Shown here: positions 20,400-30,083 of the stretch, one piece after another | How the letters are laid out: each line of letters starts with the position of its first letter | How positions within the stretch are numbered: the first letter of the stretch is position 1 | Assembly (NCBI GenBank): GCA_963818475.1 | Contig: CAWFSF010000002.1 | Span: 544,001-608,000 of the forward strand | Source: Nitrospirota bacterium | GTDB lineage: Bacteria; Nitrospirota; UBA9217 | Direction: 5' to 3' | DNA length: 64,000 nucleotides | Position numbers and translations under genes: made by a program | Notes under the pieces: model-generated | Told to the model about the DNA's origin: nothing | The model's input: the letters and a program-made list of their open reading frames with translations, nothing else | Databases searched by the model: none

Positions 20400-20950
20400 C
20401 AAAGGCTATGAACCTGAAAAAAGCATTTGGCCGCAGATACCAGAAGTAGGCGCTTCTAAGCGAAATCGGATAAACGCGGATTAAACCTACAAAACGGCAT
20501 CTTGAACACGTAAAAGACTCGGACACATCTGAGGTGAACGCGGATAAATCCTTAATGCAAAGCATTCGGACCATCGGGTGAACCTCGTATAAAAGCCGGA
20601 TAATCCGCCGATTATCCGTCTCTTATCCGTGTTTAAGATGCTTCACCCAATGGATAAAAACTTCAAAACAAATCGCTGTTAACAGATAAATACGATTCAC
20701 CCCTGGGCCAAAACCGTTTTTAGGTTAATCCTGAATGCCTGATTTTATCTGCGTGAATCTGCGTAAATCTGCGGCCAACTGCCGTTTATAGGATGAAACT
20801 TCTATGTCGAAGAGTCAGCGGTAATGTTTAAGCTGACTTTTCAGGAATCATGGTCCTTCATAGCCTTTTATCCGCCCTGATCCGTGTCAAAGATATGGCT
20901 CAGGCTTTGATTGCCGTCCTCGCGTCCTTCGCGCCATCGCGGTTAAATGC
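20400..20950. repeat. Non-coding cluster of degenerate short repeats (ATCCGTG/ATCTGCG type)
   Basis: ATCTGCGTGAATCTGCGTAAATCTGCGG, TTATCCGTCTCTTATCCGTG, TATCCGCCCTGATCCGTG and inverse CGGATAAACGCGGATT units. Confidence 0.6.
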
Positions 20951-20958
20951 CTTTTAGC

Positions 20959-23126
20959 TCATGCCTTCTTCATCGCCGCAAGCACGGTCTCCGGCTTCAT
21001 CGGCAGCTCGCGCACCCGCGCCCCTGTTGCAACGAACACCGCGTTCGCGACCGCAGGTGCTGCCGGCGGCACGCCGGGCTCTCCAATGCCGCTGAGCTTC
21101 TCTCCGCTTTTCACGATATGCACCTCTATATCGGGCGCCTCGCTCATCCTGAGAAGCTCGTAGTCCGCGAAGTTCTCCGACTTGATGCCTCCGTTCGCGA
21201 TCTCGATCTTTTCCTTGAGCGCCGCGGAAAGGCCCATGGTGATGCCTCCGATCATCTGCGCGGAAACGATCGCGGGGTTGACGATCGGTCCGCAGTCTAC
21301 GGCGCAGGTCACCTTGTGGACGGTGATCGACCCGCTTTTACGGTCAACGGAAACCTCGGCGACCTCGGCCACGTAGCTCCCGAAGGACAGGTGATACGCG
21401 ATGCCGCGCGCCTGGCCCCGGGAAAGGGGCTTGCCCCACCCCGCCTTTTCAGCGGCGACCTCGAGCACCCGCCGCGCCCGCGCATGGTTCTTGAGCAGGC
21501 CGAGCCTGAATTCGAGCGGGTCCTTCTTCGCGGCAAAAGCGAGCTCGTCGACAAAGCTTTCGACCGTGAAGGCGTTGTGCGAACTGCCGACGGAGCGCCA
21601 GAAGCCCACGGGCACCGGCGTGTCGATGCTGTACATACTCGACGTGAACGTTCGGAACCTCGTACTCCATGTTCTCAACGCCCTCCACGGCTGCGTTGTC
21701 GATGCCGTTCTTCATCATTTGCGGAAAGACGCGGCTGAAGATCGAAGGGCAGACGATGGTATGCGACCAGGCAGTTGCGCGGTCTTTGGCGTCGAGCGCG
21801 GCCCGGATCCTGGTTGCGTTCATGGGGCGGTAAAAATCGTGCTGGATGTCCTCTTCGCGCTTCCAGACGAGCTTGACCGGCTTGCCGGCTGACACGGACA
21901 AGGTAAGGGCCTCTTCGACAAAATCCTGTTCAAAGCGCCTGCCGAACCCGCCGCCGAGGTAGGTGGTATGGACAAGCACCTGCTCGGGCTTCAGGCCTGT
22001 GATCTTCGCTGCCATGCCTCGTACGCCGGTCTGGTTCTGCGTCGGCACCCAGATATCGCACCCGTCGCTCCGCACATCGACGGTGCAGTTCATGGGCTCC
22101 ATGGTCGCATGGGAGAGGAAGGGCAGCTGGTACACCGCTTCGACTTGCCGGCTGGCACCCTCTATGGCCGCCTTGGCATCGCCGTCGTTCCGCGCCACGA
22201 TGCCGCTCGTGTCCAGCTTGCTCAGGAATTCCTTCTGGAGCGACCCGGTGCTGAGACCCGGATATTTCTCTTTCTGCCAGACCGGCTTGAGGGCATCCCT
22301 TCCCTTCCACGCCCCATCGATCGTATCTGCCAAGACGGCCATCCCGGCCGGAATCGGCACGACCGAGCGGACGCCGGGCATGGCCGCTACTTCATCCCTG
22401 TGGGACGAGGCAAGAGTCGGCACCGTAGGCCGGTGGCCGGGCGATCGCGGCATAGAGCATGCCCGGCACAAAGGAATCGATGCCGAACTTCGCCCTGCCG
22501 TTCACCTTGTCTTCCATGTCGAGCCGGGGCATCTCCTTTCCGATGTACCGGAACTGGCTTTCCTTCTTGAGTGCGGGATTCTGAGGCACCTCGAGCTTTG
22601 CCGCCTTCTGTACAAGCTTGCCATAGGAGATCGTCCTCTTGCTCTTCACGTGCCGGACCTTGCCGAGATCTGCCGCGCAGTCCCTGATCGGCACCTTCCA
22701 CTCGCGTGCCGCGACAAAGACCAGCATCTCGCGGGCCGCTGCGCCTGCTTTTCTCAAGGGTTCGTACATGTGGCTGATGCTGGAACTGCCGCCCGTGGAC
22801 TGGAGGCCCCAGACAGGGTCCTTGTAGGCGTCGCCAGCGGGAGCGACCTCCATCTTCACGTTCTTCCAGTCCGCGTCCAGTTCGTCGGCAACGATCATGG
22901 GCAAGGACGTGTACACGCCCTGCCCCATCTCGGACTTGTTCACGATAACGACGACGGTGTTGTCAGGCAGAATGCGGAGCCATGCGCTCGGCTGGAAGGC
23001 CGGGGTTTCCTTTTCCATCTCTGCGGCAGAGAGCAGGCGGTAGCCGGCCGACGTCGAGACAACGGCAATGGTCAGACCCGTACCCGTCATTTTCAGGAAA
23101 TCTCTTCGTGTAAGGTCGGTCTTCAT
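20959..23126 (-). CDS. iorB: Tat-exported xanthine-dehydrogenase-family molybdopterin subunit (IorB-like); frameshifts near 22420 and 21630
   Basis: TRRDFLK Tat motif, [46 protein letters not shown] across three overlapping ORFs. Confidence 0.88.
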
Positions 23127-23575
23127 TTTTTCCCTCCTGCGGATGCGAGCCGAATGGCGCTCTTGATCCTGACATAGGTGCCGCAGCGGCAAAGGTTCCC
23201 GTTCATGTGCTGGACGATCGACCCGTCCGTGGGATGCGGGTCTTCGGCAAGGAGCGCCGCGGCCTGCATGATCTGGCCGGACTGGCAGTATCCGCACTGC
23301 GGCACCTGCTCCTTGACCCAGGCCCGCTTCACCGGATGGGTTTCGGGAAGCCCTTCGATGGTCGTGATCTTTTTGCCCTGCGCAGTGCCCACCGGGGTCT
23401 GGCAGGAGCGGATCGCCTTGCCGTCGAGGTGCACGGTGCAGGAGCCGCACAGGCCGATGCCGCATCCGAATTTCGTACCCGTCATCTGGAGCCGCTCGCG
23501 GATGACCCACAAAAGCGGCACGTCTTCAGCAACATCAACGTCGTATTTTTTCCCATTGATCTCCAACTGTATCAT
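23123..23575 (-). CDS. iorA: (2Fe-2S) subunit of molybdo-hydroxylase (IorA-like)
   Basis: [33 protein letters not shown]. Confidence 0.92.
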   Translation of the reverse strand: MIQLEINGKKYDVDVAEDVPLLWVIRERLQMTGTKFGCGIGLCGSCTVHLDGKAIRSCQTPVGTAQGKKITTIEGLPETHPVKRAWVKEQVPQCGYCQSGQIMQAAALLAEDPHPTDGSIVQHMNGNLCRCGTYVRIKSAIRLASAGGKK

Positions 23576-23952
23576 GGAACACCTCCGTCACAGGTTATCG
23601 ACGATCCGGCGATCTTGCCCAGGGGTTTAGACGTGTTGTCGCAGCATCTGTCTGAATGTTGCAGTTGGCTGGTGACTTTTTCGGTCGTAATGGATAATCG
23701 GCTGTAATTTACTATAGCTCGAAAAGGCGGAAGTTCAAGTTTCTATTCGATAGTGGAAATGAATACTACTTTCTGCGCAGAGGTGTCGTTTGTGTTGCGG
23801 GTTGCAGGAAAAGGAGCGATGAAGCGGCCGTTGCCGTGAGAGGAGGCATCGTCTTTTATCACGGTTCGGGTTCGCGAAAAGCAGAAAAAAGGTGCAGACA
23901 TTTTCTGCACCTTTCCAGGTTAACCTGTTGTCCAGAACCGCGGCAGCGACTA

Positions 23953-24141
23953 TCACGCGGCCTTTTTCAGTTTTTCGAGCACGGTCTTCAGAGCTTCTTC
24001 GTCTATTTTCAGTTCATCACGGTTGATCTTCCGCATGCCCGAAGCGACCAGCTCCCTGATCTGCGGAATCGTGGTCTCCTCCAGTTCGTGAACAAGCAGA
24101 TCCCGTTCTTTTTTATCCAGATCGATGATCATAAAGCTCAC
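23953..24141 (-). CDS. Small hypothetical protein
   Basis: 62-aa helical, charged ORF with upstream GAGG. Confidence 0.5.
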   Translation of the reverse strand: MSFMIIDLDKKERDLLVHELEETTIPQIRELVASGMRKINRDELKIDEEALKTVLEKLKKAA

Positions 24142-24210
24142 CTCTTTTCCTTCAGGATATCATCCTCCTGTTGTAATTATATCACCAAAGCGCCTGCACG
24201 GCCGGCTGCC

Positions 24211-24239
24211 TTGACAGCGCTGCGGTACAGCGATATCAT
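24211..24239 (+). promoter_or_regulatory. sigma70-type promoter
   Basis: TTGACA-N17-TATCAT upstream of the SnoaL-like gene. Confidence 0.6.
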
Positions 24240-24318
24240 ATAATCAGGATACAATAGGTCCTGTTAACGAGGGGTATCCGGCTGCCGGGGGCAGAGCTCA
24301 ACGGTTGAAAGCAAAGGA

Positions 24319-24855
24319 ATGGTGATGAACATGAAACGGGCAACGAACATCAAAAAATCAACGGCCGTGAAAAGAGGATCGGCCGTAAAACGAACAGCAA
24401 CGGTAGTGCCGCTGGAACGGCGGCAGAACGCGGTCGATAAGCGGCTCAAGACCTTTGACGAGCTGGACTTCGAAGTGTTCAGCAACCAGAAGTGGGACCG
24501 ACTGCAGGAGAGCCATGCCGAGGATATCGTCGTTACCTGGCCCGACGGACATGAGACGACCGGCATCGGAAAGCACATTGATGACCTCAAGGCCATGTTT
24601 GTTTACGCGCCGGATACGAAAATCAAGGTCCACCCGATCCGGTTCGGATCAGGCGATTTTACCTGTGTGGCCGGCGTCATGACCGGTACCTTTACGAAGC
24701 CGATGCCGGCAGGGGAGGGAAAAACAGTCCCGCCGACAGGCAAGGCGTTCAAGCTGCCCATGACGACGATTGCACACTGGAAGGGCAACATCATGGACCA
24801 TGAATGGCTGTTCTGGGACAATCACGAGTTCATGCGCCAGATCGGCCTTGCCTGA
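24319..24855 (+). CDS. SnoaL-like ester cyclase family protein
   Basis: FDELDFEVFSNQKWDRL..HAED..WPDG, GTFTKPM, PPTGK, WDNHEFMRQIGL. Confidence 0.85.
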   Translation: MVMNMKRATNIKKSTAVKRGSAVKRTATVVPLERRQNAVDKRLKTFDELDFEVFSNQKWDRLQESHAEDIVVTWPDGHETTGIGKHIDDLKAMFVYAPDTKIKVHPIRFGSGDFTCVAGVMTGTFTKPMPAGEGKTVPPTGKAFKLPMTTIAHWKGNIMDHEWLFWDNHEFMRQIGLA

Positions 24856-24916
24856 GGGGCTGTGATTCGTTCGACGAAATCGATATGCAGCAGGAGTCGG
24901 AAGGGAGGAACTGTTC

Positions 24917-25255
24917 ATGCCGGAAACAGGGGTAGTAAATATACGCGTTGACGAGGCCGGATTCCTCGTGGACCTTGAGGAATGGACAGAGGAGGTGGCG
25001 CGCGTTCTTGCCGCCACGGAAGGCATACGGGAACTGTCTAGGGAGCAGCTCGATATCCTGAAGTCCCTGCGGTCCTATTACCGGAGCCATGCGTTCTTTC
25101 CGATCGTACGTTCTGTGTGCGCGGACGTGCATCAACCGCGTACTTGCGTCACGGACCAGTTCGTCGATCCGGTCACTGCCTGGAAGATAGCGGGTCTGCC
25201 GAACCCGGGCGAGGAAGTGCTCGGCTTCCGGTCGTGGGAGCCGCTCGGGTACTAG
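24917..25255 (+). CDS. TusE/DsrC-family protein lacking the C-terminal Cys
   Basis: VDEAGFLVDLEEWTEEVA..LA..EGI.EL, LRSYY, KIAGLPNP. Confidence 0.8.
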   Translation: MPETGVVNIRVDEAGFLVDLEEWTEEVARVLAATEGIRELSREQLDILKSLRSYYRSHAFFPIVRSVCADVHQPRTCVTDQFVDPVTAWKIAGLPNPGEEVLGFRSWEPLGY

Positions 25256-25296
25256 CGTGCCCCCGTGATCATCCGTAATAGTAAAGGAGCACGACC

Positions 25297-27054
25297 ATGG
25301 AGGGAAGGTCAATTCTATCCATTATTCGAATAACCGCAGGTTACGCCCTGTTCGGCGGTCTCTGGATCGCCGTGTCGGACCGCGTTCTGGAGACCCTGGT
25401 GGCGGATCCCCACCGGCTCACCCTGCTTCAGACTTACAAGGGCTGGGCCTTTGTTGCCGCCAGCGCCGTGCTGCTCGCGTTTTTGGCAGGCCGTGAACTG
25501 CACGGACGGGAGCGGGCGGAGCAGCGCCTGCGGCGCGAGCGGGAATCGGCGAGGATGTACCTCGATGTGGCGGGTGTCATCCTCCTCGTCATCGGAAGGG
25601 ACGAGCAGGTGAAGCTTATCAACCGGAAGGGCGCGGAGGTCCTTGGCATGCCCGAGGAAGAGATCATCGGCAGGAACTGGTTCGACTCTTTTCTTCCCGA
25701 AGGCTCCCGCCTTGAAGCGCGGGCCGCCTTCCAGCGGCTGGCTGCCGGGGAAGCGCTGTCCGGAGGGGACCGCGAAGGGCAGGTGCTTTCATCGGACGGA
25801 CGGGAGCGGCGCATCGCCTGGCTGGACGCGCTCGTCCGGGATAGTGCGGGCGTGATTACGGCTATCCTCAGCTCGGGAGAGGACGTAACCGACCGCAGGC
25901 ACACGGAACAGCAGGCCGCGTGCAGGCTTGACCAGCTCGCCGCGCTCCATGCGGTCGACCTCCTGATCGCCTCGACGCAGGACCTCCGCGTCATCCTGAA
26001 GCAGTTCCTCGACCTGGTCATCGCGCAGTTCCGCGTCGATGCTGCGGACGTACTGCTCGTGAACCGCCACACGCCCGTGCTCGAATACGCGGCGGAAAAG
26101 GGCTTCCGCAGCGCCGGCATCCGCCGGTCGAAGCTCAGGATCGGCGAAGGGCTCGCCGGCAGGGCTGCGCTCGAGCGGAGGGTCATCAGCGTACCCGACC
26201 TGCGGGACCCGGAAAGCGGGTTCGTACGGCCGGGGCTCATCAAGGAAGAATCATTCATCTCCTACTTCGCCGTGCCGCTCGTGACCAAAGGGGTCGTGAA
26301 AGGGGTGCTCGAACTGATGCACCGCTCCCCCCTTCTGCTGGACCGGGAGCAGGAGGATTTCCTGGAGTCCCTGGCATCCCAGGCCGCCATCGCCATCGAC
26401 AACGCCGCGCTCTTCGACGAGATCCAGCGGTCGAACGTCGACCTCCTGCTTGCCTACGACGCCACCCTCGAAGGATGGGCGCGGGCACTCGACCTCAGGG
26501 ACCGGGTGACCGAGCGGCACACCGAACGAGTGTCCGAGATGACGGTGAGCATAGCGCGGGAAATGGGGGTGCGCGAAGAGGAAATCGTCCATATCCGTCG
26601 CGGCGCGCTGCTTCATGACCTTGGAAAGATCGGGATCCCGGACAACATTTTGAGAAAAGAGGGCCCGCTCACACCGGAGGAGCGGCAGATCATGCAGCGC
26701 CATCCTCTCCTTGCTTTTGAAATGCTCCGGCCCATCGCCTACCTTCGGCCTGCGCTCGATATCCCCTACTGCCATCATGAGCGCTGGGACGGAAAGGGCT
26801 ACCCGCGGGGGCTCAAAGGGGAGCAGATCCCGCTGGCGGCGCGGATCTTCGCCCTGGTCGATATCTGGGATGCCATCCTTGCAACGGACCGGACCTACCG
26901 CAGTCCCCTGTCGCGCAGCCAGGCTTGCGAGCACATCCGGCGACTGGCAGGCACGCATCTGGACCCGAAGGTCGTGGACACGTTCCTGCGCATGGAGGAG
27001 CATTACTGCCCTGTCAGGATCGTTGAGCGGGACGAAGAAAAAGTCGCTTCGTGA
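25297..27054 (+). CDS. Membrane-anchored PAS-GAF-HD-GYP cyclic-dinucleotide phosphodiesterase
   Basis: Two N-terminal TM segments, PAS, GAF (LASQAAIAIDNA), HTERV, LHDLGKIGIPD, HHERWDGKGYPRGL. Confidence 0.92.
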   Translation: MEGRSILSIIRITAGYALFGGLWIAVSDRVLETLVADPHRLTLLQTYKGWAFVAASAVLLAFLAGRELHGRERAEQRLRRERESARMYLDVAGVILLVIGRDEQVKLINRKGAEVLGMPEEEIIGRNWFDSFLPEGSRLEARAAFQRLAAGEALSGGDREGQVLSSDGRERRIAWLDALVRDSAGVITAILSSGEDVTDRRHTEQQAACRLDQLAALHAVDLLIASTQDLRVILKQFLDLVIAQFRVDAADVLLVNRHTPVLEYAAEKGFRSAGIRRSKLRIGEGLAGRAALERRVISVPDLRDPESGFVRPGLIKEESFISYFAVPLVTKGVVKGVLELMHRSPLLLDREQEDFLESLASQAAIAIDNAALFDEIQRSNVDLLLAYDATLEGWARALDLRDRVTERHTERVSEMTVSIAREMGVREEEIVHIRRGALLHDLGKIGIPDNILRKEGPLTPEERQIMQRHPLLAFEMLRPIAYLRPALDIPYCHHERWDGKGYPRGLKGEQIPLAARIFALVDIWDAILATDRTYRSPLSRSQACEHIRRLAGTHLDPKVVDTFLRMEEHYCPVRIVERDEEKVAS

Positions 27055-27093
27055 TGCGTTGTTTCGAAAAAACGAAAACGTAAAGGACGGCGT

Positions 27094-27183
27094 ATGAACA
27101 AAGTTTTCAAGATCATTTTGGCCTGTATCCTCTGCATCGCGGTTATCACGGGCATTGTTTATCTGGTAAAGTGGTTGCTGTGA
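27094..27183 (+). CDS. Putative 29-aa single-TM small protein
   Basis: AAAGGA RBS; MNKVFKIILACILCIAVITGIVYLVKWLL*. Below the ORF-track size cutoff. Confidence 0.5.
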   Translation: MNKVFKIILACILCIAVITGIVYLVKWLL

Positions 27184-27217
27184 CCAGTCCTGATTTATCT
27201 CGAAAGGAGATGAGCAT

Positions 27218-27427
27218 ATGAAAAAGAACATGGGAACCGCTGACCGGGTCATTCGGGCGATCATTGCTGTCGCGATCATCGTTCTTTATTTTGCCGGTCA
27301 GATCACGGGCACGGCTGCGATCATCCTGGGCATCCTGGCGGTCCTTCTTCTTGCCACGAGCATTACCGGCGTCTGCCCGGGCTATTGGCCGTTCGGCATT
27401 TCGACGTTAAAGTTAAAAAAGACATGA
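27218..27427 (+). CDS. DUF2892 (YgaP-like) membrane protein
   Basis: MKKNMGTADRVIR...CPGYWPFGIST. Confidence 0.9.
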   Translation: MKKNMGTADRVIRAIIAVAIIVLYFAGQITGTAAIILGILAVLLLATSITGVCPGYWPFGISTLKLKKT

Positions 27428-27441
27428 GGGCACCGATGAAG

Positions 27442-27486
27442 CAGGGCATCCGGTCGGCAAGGTACCGGATGCCCTGATATTTTTTG
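27442..27486 (+). terminator. Rho-independent terminator between convergent genes
   Basis: CAGGGCATCCGGT-loop-ACCGGATGCCCTG followed by a T-run. Confidence 0.7.
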
Positions 27487-27496
27487 TACGTACAGG

Positions 27497-27928
27497 TCAG
27501 GCTCCCTGACCTTTTCCCATCACGAATTTTCCGGTAAAATAATTCTTCCGTGTTTGCCCGGCCTCTTCCTCGATCCAGCGTTCGAGCCCGATCTTCTTGA
27601 TCCTGCAGAGGTTGTACACTTTCAGGTTGTGCGGGCGGATCGCGGCCAGGTCCGCCACCGGCGCCAGGAATGAACAGGGGAAATCGTCGCAGTCGCTGCA
27701 GAATTCAACTTTTTTGGCCTTTACACAATCGAGGGTCGCGCACCCCTGCGGCAGATGGATGTGCTTGCCATCCTGCTTGCGGCAGCCTTTGCAGGCTATT
27801 TCTTCCTTCGGCCAAGCATACTTTCCGTGCAGCACTTCCGCGACCTCTTTCGACAAATTCTTTTCGTAAATTTCACAGTTGAAACAGTCTATTCCGCACG
27901 GTGACGTCAAAGCCTTTTTGTCTTTCAT
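27497..27928 (-). CDS. DUF3795 Cys-rich protein
   Basis: SPCGIDCFNC, CKGCR, CATLDC, FCSDCDDFPC. Confidence 0.85.
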   Translation of the reverse strand: MKDKKALTSPCGIDCFNCEIYEKNLSKEVAEVLHGKYAWPKEEIACKGCRKQDGKHIHLPQGCATLDCVKAKKVEFCSDCDDFPCSFLAPVADLAAIRPHNLKVYNLCRIKKIGLERWIEEEAGQTRKNYFTGKFVMGKGQGA

Positions 27929-27961
27929 AGTTTCTCCTTAAATTTGGTTGCAGTCTAAGAG

Positions 27962-27990
27962 TTAGACCGGTCTGGAGGCGAAAGGTTACA
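27962..27990 (-). promoter_or_regulatory. Putative ECF-sigma promoter for the DUF3795 gene
   Basis: Minus strand TGTAAC-N17-GTCTAA (AAC / GTC ECF signature) just after the sigma gene stop. Confidence 0.55.
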
Positions 27991-27996
27991 AAAAGG

Positions 27997-28800
27997 TCAG
28001 GAAAAAAACTGCCATTCTTTGTTCTTAATACCATCCCTCACGCGCTGGACAAAAGTTTCGTCAGCATTGTTCTGGTAGAGATCCCGATAGAAATCGCGCA
28101 AGGTCCGGAGCGTGAGGACATCTTTTCTGGCCTGGAGGGTGACCGGCAGTCGAGGATCGACACGGACCTCTTTCGATATCCAGCCCCGCTCCAGTCCGAA
28201 ACGGACCCATTGCCTGCAGGTGCAGGGATTTGTTTTCTTGATAAACTGACACCTGTTCTCCATGTACCCGAACCATCGTTTCTTGGCCCGGTGAAGGGTA
28301 GTTTTTACGGAAGCTAAAGATATGTCGAGGATTTCCGCGACGAGCTTGTGAGGCAGTCCGACCGTGATCGCCAGGCAAAAAACCTTTCGCTGCTCAGGGG
28401 GGAGGCATTCAGTCAGACAATGCAGGCATTTTACCCGCGCTTGATACGCGAGCAGCTCGGTCTCCGGATTGCTGGCGGGATTGGGGTCGACGATGTCCTC
28501 GAGAGAATAGCCGTGCTCCTCGGTAAGCTCATGGATCGGCAGCTTGGTCCTCTGCTTTAAATGGTCATTGGCGACATTCAGGGCGATACGGTAGATCCAG
28601 GTGAAAAAAGAGCTTTCTGCACGGAAGGTGTCGTAGGAGCGAAAAGCGCGGAAGAATGCCTCCTGGGTGATGTCCTCGGCATCGTGCGCATTGCCGGAAA
28701 GCGACACAGCAAGCCTGTAAACTTTCGGCTGATTATCGCGGTACAGTTGGTCAAAAAGTTCCCTCTGCTCGGCAAGCATGGACTGCACCTCTCTTTTCAT
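27997..28800 (-). CDS. ECF RNA polymerase sigma factor with Cys-rich C-terminal extension
   Basis: DAEDITQEAF, FFTWIYRIALN, VAEILDIS..SVKTTLHRAK; CLHCLTEC and CQFIKKTNPCTC. Start taken at MKREVQ. Confidence 0.9.
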   Translation of the reverse strand: MKREVQSMLAEQRELFDQLYRDNQPKVYRLAVSLSGNAHDAEDITQEAFFRAFRSYDTFRAESSFFTWIYRIALNVANDHLKQRTKLPIHELTEEHGYSLEDIVDPNPASNPETELLAYQARVKCLHCLTECLPPEQRKVFCLAITVGLPHKLVAEILDISLASVKTTLHRAKKRWFGYMENRCQFIKKTNPCTCRQWVRFGLERGWISKEVRVDPRLPVTLQARKDVLTLRTLRDFYRDLYQNNADETFVQRVRDGIKNKEWQFFS

Positions 28801-28810
28801 CAGGATCCGC

Positions 28811-29362
28811 CTAGCGGAGCATCCCGATGATCTCCTCCGCGCTTGACACCTTCGCAAAAACAGCGCCCAATGCGGCCATGTACGATCCGTGAACATGTTT
28901 CGCAGGAATATCGAGACCGTTGAACACAAGATTTCTCGTCGCGCAGGCATCGTGTGCAACCATGCAAGCATAACCCATGTCGAAAGCCGCCCGCGTTGTC
29001 GCATCGATGCACATGTGCGACATCATCCCGCAAATGACCAGTTCCCTGATTTTGCTGGACAGAAGATACTCCTGCAAGCCTGTATCCCGGAAACTGTTCG
29101 GAAAATGTTTTTTGATCACCATTTCATTGGGAAGGGGCTTTACGCTTTCGTGGAAGTTTATTCCCTCCGTATCCGGCAGAAGAAAGGTAGCGTTTGGCCG
29201 CGCTGCGATGTGCTGGATATGGACGATTGGCAGATTCTTTTCCCGGAAATGGTCCAGCAGTCTTTGAGCGACTTGAGATGCTTCGACTGCGCCGACGACC
29301 TCCATCCTTCCTTTCGGGAAATAGTCCTGTTGAATATCCACTAATACCAATGCAGGTTTCAT
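28811..29362 (-). CDS. Isochorismatase-family cysteine hydrolase
   Basis: ALVLVDIQQDYF, KHFPNSF, GMMSHMCIDAT, HDACAT. Confidence 0.92.
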   Translation of the reverse strand: MKPALVLVDIQQDYFPKGRMEVVGAVEASQVAQRLLDHFREKNLPIVHIQHIAARPNATFLLPDTEGINFHESVKPLPNEMVIKKHFPNSFRDTGLQEYLLSSKIRELVICGMMSHMCIDATTRAAFDMGYACMVAHDACATRNLVFNGLDIPAKHVHGSYMAALGAVFAKVSSAEEIIGMLR

Positions 29363-29856
29363 GCATTCTCCTCGATTCTAATATTTTCAAACTGCTCCCT
29401 GGTCATGTCCATGTCGATAAATTCAATGTCTTTCCCCTGGATCGTATGAATGCTTTCTCCCGTTATTATAAATCCGATGCTTTTATAAAGCTGCGATGCC
29501 CGGGGATTGTTTTTTCTCACGATCAGATGGATCTTAGCTAGGTTCAAGTGCCGGAAACCCGTTTTCAGGGTCGCAAGCGTAACTTCTCTTCCCAAACCTT
29601 TGCCTGTCCAAACCGGATGGATGGCAATGCGAAATTCCGCTTCCTCGCCAGCCGTAACGCTCAACAGGCTGAAACCGACGACCCGGTTCTTCCTGAATAC
29701 AACGGCGTAGACCCAGGTGTTTGACTTGTCCCGGAATTCATCGAGCCACCCATTATCCCGCAGGGCGTAGTCCATCTGCTCAAACTCACCAAGGTAAGGG
29801 GGCCAGTTTTTTATTTCAGCGATGTCTTCGGCACTGATCGGCCGCAGCTGGATCAT
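29359..29856 (-). CDS. GNAT N-acetyltransferase
   Basis: IHPVWTGKGLG, NNPRASQLYKSIGF. Confidence 0.88.
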   Translation of the reverse strand: MIQLRPISAEDIAEIKNWPPYLGEFEQMDYALRDNGWLDEFRDKSNTWVYAVVFRKNRVVGFSLLSVTAGEEAEFRIAIHPVWTGKGLGREVTLATLKTGFRHLNLAKIHLIVRKNNPRASQLYKSIGFIITGESIHTIQGKDIEFIDMDMTREQFENIRIEENA

Positions 29857-29871
29857 ATTGTCCTTTATACG

Positions 29872-29965
29872 CTATCCAATGATTATTTCTTCGAGCATTA
29901 ACCTTTTCCTCGGCTCCGGTAATTCGGCGGGATAGCCGATGGGCAGCAGCGCGGTAACGTAGAGT
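29872..29965 (-). pseudogene. Nitroreductase C-terminal remnant
   Basis: VTALLPIGYPAELPEPRKRLMLEEII matches the family C-terminus; no N-terminal part is present. Confidence 0.55.
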
Positions 29966-30083
29966 AGAAAGGCTTTCACTGCTTGAGAGCGCTGAAGAGA
30001 GCAACGCAGCCCTTCACCAGTATCGAGGTGTCGACGAAATGTTTTTGCAATCTCGCTTCCAAATCCTTGAGGTTGAAGGTCCG

